From Sediminicola sp. (GTDB lineage Bacteria > Bacteroidota > Bacteroidia > Flavobacteriales > Flavobacteriaceae): DNA of 24,000 bases. The position numbers and the translations under genes were made by a program. Where the stretch lies: the NCBI GenBank assembly GCA_048266425.1, contig JBLWZN010000013.1, positions 9,362-33,361 of the forward strand, read 5' to 3'. Under the pieces are notes generated by a model. The model saw nothing but the letters and a program-made list of their open reading frames with translations, had not been told where the DNA came from and did not search any database. Positions 13,958 through 22,398 of this stretch are shown piece by piece; the stretch's first letter is position 1, and every line of letters starts with the position of its first letter.

Positions 13958-15226
13958 TCATACCACCTCCAAGGCACTTTTAATCGCCTTATAAATAGTT
14001 TGCAATTCCTCGTCCGTAATCACGTATGGTGCTAAAATATAAATTGTTTGCCCCAGTGGACGCAGATACACTCCATTGTCCATAAAATGTTGAAACAAAC
14101 GGTCCCTTACATTGCCGTATCGCTCCATCTTTATGTTCAGGTCCAAGGCGTAGATAACCCCTATTTGTCGCGTTTGCGCTACTTTGGGATGGTCCTTGAT
14201 CTCGGCATCAAAATCTTGGTGCGATTTTATGACCCTGGCGATATTATCCTGCATTTCTTGGGATTGCAGCAATTGCAATCCAGCCAGTGCTGCGGTACAG
14301 GACAAGGGGTTGGCGGTATAGGTATGGCCATGGAACAGCCCCTTGGAGATCTCATCACTATAAAAAGCATCATAGACCTCCTGGGTACAACTCGTCACCG
14401 CCATGGGGATAAGACCAGCGGTCAAGGCCTTGGACATACAGATAATATCGGGTTTTGTGGGGATATGGTCCGACGCAAAATTACTGCCCGTTTTTCCAAA
14501 ACCGGTCATCACCTCATCGGCCACCAACAAAACGCCATTCGCCTTTAGCAACTTTAGGATAGGATCTAGGTTGGAAGCCTGGTGCATCAACATGGCCGCG
14601 GCCCCCTGAACCAGTGGTTCATAGATAAAGCCGGCGATATCTTGTTTCTTTAATCGTCCTTCCAACTTTTCCAAAATCGATTCCAAATTGTCAGCCGTGG
14701 GCACAGGAATGCGCTCCACCTCCAAAAATAACTCCTCGAACGGACCATTATATACCGAAAGTCCTGAAACGGACATGGCCCCAAAGGTATCGCCGTGAAA
14801 TCCGTTCTCAAAAGCCATGAGTACCTTCCGCTTTCGCCCTTGGTTAAAATGGAACTGCAGCGCCATTTTTATCCCAATTTCGGTAGCCGTGGAGCCGTTG
14901 TCGGAAAAGAACAACTTTTCTTGGTTTGGCGGCAGTATTTTAATGAGTTCCTCCGATAATTCAATGGCCGGTCTATGGGTAAAACCACTAAATACCACTT
15001 GGTCCAACTGCTGCATCTGATGATAGACCCGATCCAGGATATAAGGGTTACAATGCCCATACACACAGGTATACCAGGAGGAGATCCCGTCTATGTACTG
15101 CTTGCCGTCCTCATCGAACAATAGACTGTCCTTCGCCTTAACGATGGGAAGCATGTTGGGATGGGTCTTATGCTGGGTGAGTGGGTGCCAAAGATGCTTT
15201 TGGTCCCTTTTTGAAAGATTTTCCAA
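13958..15226 (-). CDS. bioA: Adenosylmethionine-8-amino-7-oxononanoate aminotransferase
   Basis: 422 aa. It has a BioA-typical N-terminus (DQKHLWHPLTQHK ... DGISSWYTCVYGHCNPYI) and the PLP-lysine context DIICMSKALTAG. Confidence 0.95.
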   Translation of the reverse strand: MENLSKRDQKHLWHPLTQHKTHPNMLPIVKAKDSLLFDEDGKQYIDGISSWYTCVYGHCNPYILDRVYHQMQQLDQVVFSGFTHRPAIELSEELIKILPPNQEKLFFSDNGSTATEIGIKMALQFHFNQGRKRKVLMAFENGFHGDTFGAMSVSGLSVYNGPFEELFLEVERIPVPTADNLESILEKLEGRLKKQDIAGFIYEPLVQGAAAMLMHQASNLDPILKLLKANGVLLVADEVMTGFGKTGSNFASDHIPTKPDIICMSKALTAGLIPMAVTSCTQEVYDAFYSDEISKGLFHGHTYTANPLSCTAALAGLQLLQSQEMQDNIARVIKSHQDFDAEIKDHPKVAQTRQIGVIYALDLNIKMERYGNVRDRLFQHFMDNGVYLRPLGQTIYILAPYVITDEELQTIYKAIKSALEVV

Positions 15227-15390
15227 CGTTGTTGAATTTTATTTTTATACTCCTTCCAGATAAAAATTCAGGTCTTTATTTGAAACGGATATACAAAGAT
15301 GGGGAATAAAGTTAGAATGGCGGAATGTAACCTAAGGGAATTCTGCTAGGATTGCCGGTGCCAATTTTTAGTAGAACAACACTATTCTGA

Positions 15391-16011
15391 TTACATTTTC
15401 AAAAGGGTAGGTCGCAACAAATCCGCATACTTCTTAATGACCTGCTTGTTAAAAACCGGTTCTTCATCAATACGGCCAATTACTGGTACGTTTGTCTTTT
15501 TTTCAATGATCCGTTCCGTAGAAGGCTGTTCGGAACCACTGAACAAGATAGAAACGTCGTACCCTTTATGGGTCAACCATTCAATGGTCAACAAGGAGTG
15601 GTTAATACTCCCAAGATAGTGACGGGAAACGACAATTACGTGATAATCCGGCATTATAAGATCCAAAATGGTATCCTCGTCATTTAGTGGCACCAATACA
15701 CCGCCCGCTCCCTCTATGACCAAATGATTGTCCGTATTGGGTTCATCGATATGGTTGCGATCAATGTAAATCCCTTCCAGTTTTGCAGCGGCATGGGGGC
15801 TCATGGCGTTTTTTAAGGCATAGCTGTTCTTATGGATGACCGTTTTCTTGTTGGAGATTAATTCTACAATCTTATCGCTATCGGAATGGTCCAGGTCACC
15901 CGCCTGAATTGGCTTCCAATAGTCCGCTTCCAGGGCTTCGGTAAGGATGGCGGAAGCTATGGTCTTGCCAACTTCTGTTGATATTCCGGTTACAAAAAAC
16001 TTTTGCTTCAT
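15391..16011 (-). CDS. bioD: Dethiobiotin synthase
   Basis: 206 aa. It has the P-loop FFVTGISTEVGKT and an EGAGG segment (LVIEGAGGVLVPL) characteristic of BioD. Confidence 0.93.
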   Translation of the reverse strand: MKQKFFVTGISTEVGKTIASAILTEALEADYWKPIQAGDLDHSDSDKIVELISNKKTVIHKNSYALKNAMSPHAAAKLEGIYIDRNHIDEPNTDNHLVIEGAGGVLVPLNDEDTILDLIMPDYHVIVVSRHYLGSINHSLLTIEWLTHKGYDVSILFSGSEQPSTERIIEKKTNVPVIGRIDEEPVFNKQVIKKYADLLRPTLLKM

Positions 16012-16153
16012 ATAAATAAGCTCCTATGTTTATTAATTATCAATTACCTATTTGATACGGGTTAAAATAGAAGTAAGTCCTTTTCCCAATTATTTTTCCA
16101 AAACCTTTTGGTCAATGTCCCAGTCCTCCTCCCTGTGTTTTTTATCCTTTCTA

Positions 16154-16173
16154 TTCCCGATAGCATGCGGGAA
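16154..16173. terminator. Hairpin TTCCCG-N8-CGGGAA downstream of the DUF2007-like gene (weak terminator candidate)
   Basis: A 6-bp perfect stem (16154-16159 with 16168-16173), 36 nt past the stop at 16209 on the minus strand. There is no U-tract. Confidence 0.25.
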
Positions 16174-16208
16174 GTGAATTATTATAAAATCCTAGCCCAT
16201 CCGTTTCC

Positions 16209-16589
16209 CTAGGGTTGGGATATCATGTTACAATTTAAACATTTATATTTCCTTTTTTCGAAAAACGGGAAAAGTTTGTAAAAAATCCCTTTTCCACTAT
16301 AGTAAACCTCCGATTTTTGGGCCTTGCAATTGGGACAAACAATTGGATTCCCGAAGGTATCCAGCGCATAATGGCGAATCTCATCATAAATTTCCAACGC
16401 CCTTTTCTTGTCCTCGGACCTCACCTGTATCTTAACCCCGCCCAGGGCATTACTGATCATAGGGTCTGTGTTCAAGGTGTTTTCGTCCGGCAGAAAGACC
16501 TCGATTCCTTCGGATTCCAATTTTCCTTTGATTATCTGTACATCGGCGACATATTCAAAGGCGGCAAGGGTATAGAATTCCTTTTTCAT
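16209..16589 (-). CDS. DUF2007-like (putative signal-transducing) domain protein with a C-terminal CxxC...CxxC zinc ribbon
   Basis: 126 aa. The N-terminal beta-alpha-beta module is TLAAFEYVADVQIIKGKLESEGIEVFLPDENT...GGVKIQVRSEDKKRALEI, followed by CPNC ... CLNC. It lies between bioF and bioD on the same strand. Confidence 0.65.
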   Translation of the reverse strand: MKKEFYTLAAFEYVADVQIIKGKLESEGIEVFLPDENTLNTDPMISNALGGVKIQVRSEDKKRALEIYDEIRHYALDTFGNPIVCPNCKAQKSEVYYSGKGIFYKLFPFFEKRKYKCLNCNMISQP

Positions 16590-16689
16590 GTATTCTGGGT
16601 AGATTTAAACTTTTTCTTTTCCTTCTAAAGATACATTTTAATTCGAAAATTATGGTAATCCATCCTTGGAACGGAACTTCTTTTTTGAC

Positions 16690-17883
16690 CTAAGCAAAAT
16701 CCGGTATGTGTTTCTGAATTGCCTCCAATAACCCATTTATCCCTTCCTCCCTATTGTAACTGTGAAGGCAGATCCGTAAGCGTTCCATACCTTTCGGTAC
16801 CGTAGGTGAGAGAATGGGCCGCACATCAAAATTACATTCCCTAAGGATTTCTGCCAAACGTTTTGCGCTTTCGTTGCTCGGAACAAGGCAGCAGTGAATA
16901 GCCGATTGGCTGGGGATAAAAAAACGCTTCAGGTTAAGGGCTTCAAGTTTCTGGTTCAAATATTCAATGTTTTTATGAAGGGACAAAGTTGTGTTTTGTC
17001 CGGACAGATCTGAACCAACAGAGGTGTGTATTGCAGATAAATGGCCGTATGCTGCCATGACCGTAGCCTGGGAATGCGGTGGCAAGCCTGTGGTATAGAT
17101 AAAGCTACGGGCAAAATTGACCAAATAAGATTTAAGCGCCTCACTGCCCAATATTACAGCCCCATGACATCCTATGGCCTTGCCAAAGGTTACAATACGG
17201 GCAAACAACGCATCCTCCAAACCAAATTCCTGGGTTCGACCTGCCCCGTTGGGGCCAAATACCCCTACGGCATGGGCCTCATCGATTACCAAGCGGCAAT
17301 CGTTCCTATTGCAAAGCTCGGTTAGGGCGGGCAAGTCCGGCGAATCGCCATCCATGGAGAAAACGGATTCCGTGACTACAAAAATCACACCGTCCGGGGT
17401 TCCGTTATTTTGGCAACGCTTAATGATCGCTTCCAAATTTTCCAGATCATTGTGCTTAAACTTATAGCTTTTGGCCAGTCCCAATCCGATACCATCCCGT
17501 ATACTGGCATGGATCAACGCATCATACAGGACCGTATCCCCCCGTTGGGGCACGGAGGCAAAAAATCCGACGTTGGCATCATACCCCGAATTGAAGACCA
17601 AGGCCGCCTCCGAATGGTGAAAACCGGCCAGCATTTCTTCCAATTCCACGTACAATCCGTTATTACCGGAAAGAAGCCGGGAGCCTGTTGCCCCGTTCTG
17701 GAGTAGGTTTCGTTCGGCCAGCAACTGACCAGCAGCCTCATAGATCAGGGGGTTCTTGGCAAAACCCAAATAATCATTGGAAGAGAAATCGATCAGATTT
17801 TCTGGGAGGGACAAGCTGCGGAGCGCGTTATTTTCCTGTCTTTCCTTTAATTTTTGTTGTAATTTCTTGGGAAAGTCCGTCAT
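16690..17883 (-). CDS. bioF: 8-amino-7-oxononanoate synthase
   Basis: 397 aa. It has an alpha-oxoamine synthase pattern (IDFSSNDYLGFAKN, DEAHAVGVFGPNGAG) and the PLP-lysine context VTFGKAIGCHGA. Confidence 0.93.
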   Translation of the reverse strand: MTDFPKKLQQKLKERQENNALRSLSLPENLIDFSSNDYLGFAKNPLIYEAAGQLLAERNLLQNGATGSRLLSGNNGLYVELEEMLAGFHHSEAALVFNSGYDANVGFFASVPQRGDTVLYDALIHASIRDGIGLGLAKSYKFKHNDLENLEAIIKRCQNNGTPDGVIFVVTESVFSMDGDSPDLPALTELCNRNDCRLVIDEAHAVGVFGPNGAGRTQEFGLEDALFARIVTFGKAIGCHGAVILGSEALKSYLVNFARSFIYTTGLPPHSQATVMAAYGHLSAIHTSVGSDLSGQNTTLSLHKNIEYLNQKLEALNLKRFFIPSQSAIHCCLVPSNESAKRLAEILRECNFDVRPILSPTVPKGMERLRICLHSYNREEGINGLLEAIQKHIPDFA

Positions 17884-18028
17884 AGTCTATTGTAATTCTA
17901 ATCCGCTTACCGAACTCGCTTAAACGGGTTCACTAAAATACCAATAATAAAACGTGCTTGCTCAGTAGCAGTAAAAATAAGCCCGAATTCTTGATTTCAC
18001 CTCCTTCGGACAAGCGGGCATCTGTTTC

Positions 18029-19405
18029 TTAAACCAAAGTCCCCCGAATTTCCCGCCTTAAAAAATACCCTGTAACGATGGTCGCCAAAACATCTGAAAT
18101 AGGAAAAGCAAGCCAAACCCCCAATTCCCCTAAAAAATGCGGAAGTATTAGAACGAGTGGTATAAAAATGAATCCTTGCCGGCTCAACGTCAACAATAAA
18201 GCCGGAACAGCCTTCCCAATAGCCTGAAAATACGCAGCCCCTATAAGTTGTAAGGCAATTATTGGAGTGGCAGCGAAAACCCACCGCATGGCACCTGGGG
18301 TATGTTCCAAAACAAAATTGTTGGTGGCAATTTCAGCTGAAGTCATATCGGGTCGGTTGCTCAGGAAGAGGGAAGCAATCTCGGCGGGAAAAATCATCAA
18401 ACCAATAAATACAATGGTGGCCAACAGGGCGGCATAAAGGATGGCAATATGGATAGATTCACGTACCCTTTGGTATTTTTTAGCTCCATAATTGAATCCG
18501 GCAATCGGCAAAAAGCCTTGGGTAATTCCAAAAACAGGAAAGAGTGCAAACATAAGCACCCGACCAATGATGGCATATACGGCAACCATGGCCTCCCCGC
18601 CAAGGCTGTACAAAATGTTGTTCATCAACAAATAAATAATACTGATCACTGCCTGCCTCGCCAAGGTAACAAAGCCCAAGGCCCCAATCTCCTTCAAAAT
18701 GGATCGGTTCAATCCAAGATGGTGAATTCCGATCTTAAGTTCCGAATTTCTAGAGAGGAAAAAATAAAGTATATACCCAAAACATAGTAAATATCCTATG
18801 GTGGTAGCCCAAGCTGCGCCCGCCCTCCCCCAATCGAAGACATAGATAAAAAGATAGTCCATCAACAAATTGCCGACCGAGGGGATAATCATGGCAATCA
18901 TAGCAAATTTTGGCTTTCCCTCGGCACGGATTACCGTGTTCCCCATCATACAGAGGCCCAAAAACGGAACTCCATATAGGACAATCTTGTAGTAGATTTT
19001 TGCAGGTTCAAAAATGGCCCCTTTTCCACCAAAGGCCGGGATAAGGGTATCAACGTATATTAGCCCCAAAACCACCATGGATATGGTGACCAGCAGGGTC
19101 ATAGTAATCTGGTTGCCAAAGGTTTTTAACGCCTTTTCGGAATGTTTAGCTCCCATGGCCCTCGAAATGATACTCGATCCACCGACCCCAATGGCCATTC
19201 CAAGGGCACCGATAAAGAAAGAAACGGGAAGAACCACATTTATGGCCGCAATGGCAACGGAACCAATCCAATTGCCCACAAAAATTGAATCGACCAAAAC
19301 ATTCAAGGACATGACCAAGATACCTATACCAGCTGGCACCGCCTGTCTTATCAGTAGTTTTCCGATAGCTTCAGTGCCCAGTTGTTCCGAGGAAACCTTG
19401 GCCAT
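18029..19405 (-). CDS. MATE family efflux transporter
   Basis: From ORF 18029..19489. It is a 12-helix hydrophobic protein with a MATE-typical N-terminus after the internal ATG 19405-19403 (MAKVSSEQLGTEAIGKLLIRQAVPAGIGILVMSLNVLVDSIFVG). That ATG overlaps the hemH TAA stop (TAATG). Confidence 0.88.
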   Translation of the reverse strand: MAKVSSEQLGTEAIGKLLIRQAVPAGIGILVMSLNVLVDSIFVGNWIGSVAIAAINVVLPVSFFIGALGMAIGVGGSSIISRAMGAKHSEKALKTFGNQITMTLLVTISMVVLGLIYVDTLIPAFGGKGAIFEPAKIYYKIVLYGVPFLGLCMMGNTVIRAEGKPKFAMIAMIIPSVGNLLMDYLFIYVFDWGRAGAAWATTIGYLLCFGYILYFFLSRNSELKIGIHHLGLNRSILKEIGALGFVTLARQAVISIIYLLMNNILYSLGGEAMVAVYAIIGRVLMFALFPVFGITQGFLPIAGFNYGAKKYQRVRESIHIAILYAALLATIVFIGLMIFPAEIASLFLSNRPDMTSAEIATNNFVLEHTPGAMRWVFAATPIIALQLIGAAYFQAIGKAVPALLLTLSRQGFIFIPLVLILPHFLGELGVWLAFPISDVLATIVTGYFLRREIRGTLV

Positions 19406-20469
19406 TACATCGGCAAGATTTCCTTGGTTTCCCAGTCCTTGATCCACTGGGCCATAACGTTTACCCACGGTTTGTAATCGTTCAAACACGGGATATGGGT
19501 ATAGGCTTCCCCTCCGGCTTCCTGAAATTGTTTTTTACCCTCCATGGCAATTTCCTCCAAGGTTTCCAGGCAGTCCGATACAAAGGCAGGAGTGATGACC
19601 GCCAAACGTCTGACTCCTTCTTTTGGGAACCGTTCCAGCTCAAAGTCGGTATAGGGCTTTAACCACGGGTCATTCGGCAAACGGGATTGGAAGGAGTTGC
19701 TCACCTCGTCCTCGGACAGTCCAAGTTCCTTAATTACTCGTTTTGTAGTATCAAAACACTGATGTCGGTAACAGGTATTGTGTGCAACGGAATTCGTTTC
19801 ACAACACTGGTCATTAATCTTGCAATGGAATTTAGTTGGGTCGGATTTTCTAATGTGCCGTTCCGGGATCCCGTGGTACGAAAACAGGATATGATCATAA
19901 TCAAAATCCTTCAAACCCTCTGCTATTCTGTTCGAAAGCACCTTTATATAGTCCTCGTTCCTATAAAACGGGGGGAGTGTGGTAATCCGCATTCCAGGGA
20001 AATGGGCTTCCTGATCTTCCATGGTCTTTACCACTACCGTTTCATAGGAAGACATAGCGTAGTGTGGATAAAGGGGAATAAGGAGCACATCGTCCACTCC
20101 TTTGTCATGGAGTTCCTGTAAGGCCCCCTTGATGGGCATGGAACCATACCGCATCCCCAAGGCCACCGGAATATCCAATTTTTCGGCTACTTTGTCCTGA
20201 AAGCGTTCTGAAATAACAACTAGGGGAGAACCCTCATCCCACCAGATCTTTTGGTAGGCCTGGGCCGATTTCTTGGGCCGGGTCTGCAGTATAATCCCCC
20301 TCACAATAATATTTCGCAGCCAAAGAGGTACGTCAATAACCCTTTCATCCATCAAAAATTCATCCAAATACGGCTTTAGGTCTTTGGGGGTTGGACTGTC
20401 CGGAGAGCCCAAGTTTACTAATAATACTCCTTTCACGTCTGATAATTTTAGCGACTGTAAAAATACCAT
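19405..20469 (-). CDS. hemH: Ferrochelatase
   Basis: 354 aa with VLLVNLGSPDSPTPKDLKPYLDEFLMDERVIDVP, LFSYHGIPERH and VITPAFVSDCLETLEEI. An alternative GTG start at 20436 (VKGVLLVNLG) is possible. Confidence 0.93.
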   Translation of the reverse strand: MVFLQSLKLSDVKGVLLVNLGSPDSPTPKDLKPYLDEFLMDERVIDVPLWLRNIIVRGIILQTRPKKSAQAYQKIWWDEGSPLVVISERFQDKVAEKLDIPVALGMRYGSMPIKGALQELHDKGVDDVLLIPLYPHYAMSSYETVVVKTMEDQEAHFPGMRITTLPPFYRNEDYIKVLSNRIAEGLKDFDYDHILFSYHGIPERHIRKSDPTKFHCKINDQCCETNSVAHNTCYRHQCFDTTKRVIKELGLSEDEVSNSFQSRLPNDPWLKPYTDFELERFPKEGVRRLAVITPAFVSDCLETLEEIAMEGKKQFQEAGGEAYTHIPCLNDYKPWVNVMAQWIKDWETKEILPM

Positions 20470-20601
20470 TTGTAGACGAACTTACCGTAAAACCCTAGTA
20501 ATTCTTTAGCTTTTCAGTATTTTCTGGCAATTTAACGGCATTCCAAATATTCACGCATTGAACTCCTCATGAGTTTTTCTTTATAACATACAATAAATAC
20601 C

Positions 20602-20609
20602 TATTTTTG
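20602..20609 (+). promoter_or_regulatory. Candidate Bacteroidota -7 promoter box, perfect match TATTTTTG to TAnnTTTG
   Basis: It sits 19 nt upstream of the ATG at 20628, in the divergent hemH/DUF1460 intergenic region. I found no clear -33 TTTG at the expected spacing. Confidence 0.4.
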
Positions 20610-20627
20610 GGAAAATAAACGGCTCAT

Positions 20628-21473
20628 ATGAGAGAAATTGCATGTTTGGTACTTTTTCTAATGACAGGCATCTCCTTTTCCCAGAATGTGGTCTGCTCGC
20701 TACAAGACAAAGAGGCCTTTGAGAAAAAGATAGACCAAATCCAGGGGCTGAAAAGTGAGGATTTTGGCCGGACCATGGTGTCGGTAGGCAAATCCTTTTT
20801 AGGGGTTCCCTACGTAGCCAAAACCTTGGAGGTGGGCGAAACAGAATCCTTGGTAGTTAATCTGCACGGCTTGGATTGCACCACGTTTGTTGAGAATGTC
20901 CTTGCTTTTAGCTTGATGCTCGAACGCGGTAAAAAAGATTTTGATACCTACACCAAGCTTCTGGAAGAAATCCGTTACCAGGATGGAAAGCTGGATGGCT
21001 ATGCCTCCCGTTTGCACTATTTTTCGGAATGGATCGCCAATAATGAAGCTAAAGGTCTTCTCAAAAATGTCACAAAGGAGATCGGAGGGGTTCCAATAAC
21101 CAAGGATATCAATTTTATGAGTACCCACAGGGACTTATACCCCTTTTTAAAGAATACGGACAATTTTAAAAAAATCCAGGCCTCCGAAGCGGAGCTCAAT
21201 AACAAACCGTTGTATTTCTTGCCACAGGACAAAATTGCTACTAAGGAACAGCTGATCCACTCCGGCGATATCATTGCTTTGACCACTTCTATCGAGGGAT
21301 TGGATATTACCCATACCGGAATCGCAACCCGGGAAGCCGATGGACGCATTCACCTGTTACATGCGTCAACCGGTTCTATGGAAGTGGAGGTTTCCGAACT
21401 ACCCTTGGCCGATTATCTTAAGAAAATTAAAAAGAATACGGGAATTATGGTTGCCAGGCCTTTGGCCAAGTAA
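20628..21473 (+). CDS. Secreted DUF1460-like protein (N-acetylmuramoyl-L-alanine amidase-like / Cys-peptidase-like fold)
   Basis: 281 aa. It has a signal peptide (MREIACLVLFLMTGISFSQN) and the segment LVVNLHGLDCTTFVENVLAFSL with a later ITHTGIA His, as I recall for the DUF1460 family. The assignment is from memory of the family, not from a search. Confidence 0.7.
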   Translation: MREIACLVLFLMTGISFSQNVVCSLQDKEAFEKKIDQIQGLKSEDFGRTMVSVGKSFLGVPYVAKTLEVGETESLVVNLHGLDCTTFVENVLAFSLMLERGKKDFDTYTKLLEEIRYQDGKLDGYASRLHYFSEWIANNEAKGLLKNVTKEIGGVPITKDINFMSTHRDLYPFLKNTDNFKKIQASEAELNNKPLYFLPQDKIATKEQLIHSGDIIALTTSIEGLDITHTGIATREADGRIHLLHASTGSMEVEVSELPLADYLKKIKKNTGIMVARPLAK

Positions 21474-21525
21474 CCGCAAAAGGGGGAACTCCCACTCAGA
21501 CGCATACATTAGTGTTTATATTTCT

Positions 21526-21562
21526 TCTTCCCCCCTTGGAAAGGTCGGGAGGATAATTTTTT
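21526..21562 (+). terminator. Candidate rho-independent terminator of the DUF1460-like gene
   Basis: TCTTCCC (21526-21532) pairs with GGGAGGA (21547-21553), including one G-U pair. An inner CCTT/AAGG stem (21534-21537 with 21541-21544) has a GGA loop. The hairpin is followed by TAATTTTTT (T-run 21557-21562). It lies 53 nt after the stop at 21473. Confidence 0.5.
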
Positions 21563-21918
21563 CTCCAAATTGTTTATTATTTTTCTGGACACAGGAAAAC
21601 TGACCCAGTAGTCGGTTTTTGGGTACGCGGAATAACGGCTTTAGGGTGACCTGAAGTTGAGGGCAACAAAATTATCGACCATTGGTCATTGTTGTTAAGA
21701 AATATCGTCATTTGAAAGATAAACCAACCCAACGGTCGGTTAACACTAAGCCGTCATCGGCAAAAGTTTAATGCTAATCTGGCAAATCGCTGTAGGCAAA
21801 TCGCTATGCGTAGATCGATTCACGCTTTTTATAGCGTACAGGGTATGGCGCAAGGCGGACTGCACATCAAACCCATGTCTTCGTTTAAAGGTGATGGATT
21901 TTTCGCTGGAAAGTTTTA

Positions 21919-22398
21919 TTAAAACAGGGCGGTTTGTTTTACGGGACTTTCATGTTCCAACAACCATTTTTTGCGATGTAGGCCCCCTGCATAACCGGTG
22001 AGGGAACCATCACTACCTATCACCCTGTGACAGGGCACAACGATCCACAAGGGATTTTGACCGTTCGCCGCGGCGACGGCCCGAATGGCCTTGACATCTC
22101 CCAGTTTTTTAGAAAGTTCCAGATAGGATATTGTTTTTCCGTAGGGAATCTGTTGCAGTTCTTCCCAAACCCTTTTTTGAAAATCTGTTCCCGTTGGATT
22201 AAGGGTTAGGCTAAACGTCTTTCTTTCCCCCTCAAAGTATTCCCGGAGTTGGTAGACGGCATCTTCAAGTAACTCTGGAATTACTGTGGTAGGTGCCTCA
22301 TCCGTATCCAAAACCGAAACGGATGTCAGGCCGTTTTCATCGCCCTCTAGTTTTGCGATCCCCAAGGGTGTTTTAATGTAGGCTTGTTCCAAGTTCAT
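21919..22398 (-). CDS. ogt: Methylated-DNA--protein-cysteine methyltransferase
   Basis: 159 aa. It has the active-site PCHR motif (IVVPCHRVIGSDGSLTGYAGG) and the helix-turn-helix region YGKTISYLELSKKLG. Its ATG overlaps the upstream gene stop (ATGA at 22395-22398). Confidence 0.9.
   Translation of the reverse strand: MNLEQAYIKTPLGIAKLEGDENGLTSVSVLDTDEAPTTVIPELLEDAVYQLREYFEGERKTFSLTLNPTGTDFQKRVWEELQQIPYGKTISYLELSKKLGDVKAIRAVAAANGQNPLWIVVPCHRVIGSDGSLTGYAGGLHRKKWLLEHESPVKQTALF

Noticed and set aside
17997-18284. 95-aa minus-strand ORF overlapping the 3' end of the MATE gene in another frame
   Set aside because: It overlaps a well-supported transporter frame, and its translation has no features of a real protein.
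21771-22001. 76-aa + strand ORF spanning the intergenic region and the ogt 3' end
   Set aside because: It overlaps ogt on the antisense strand and has no motif. It probably arises by chance in the gene-free stretch.
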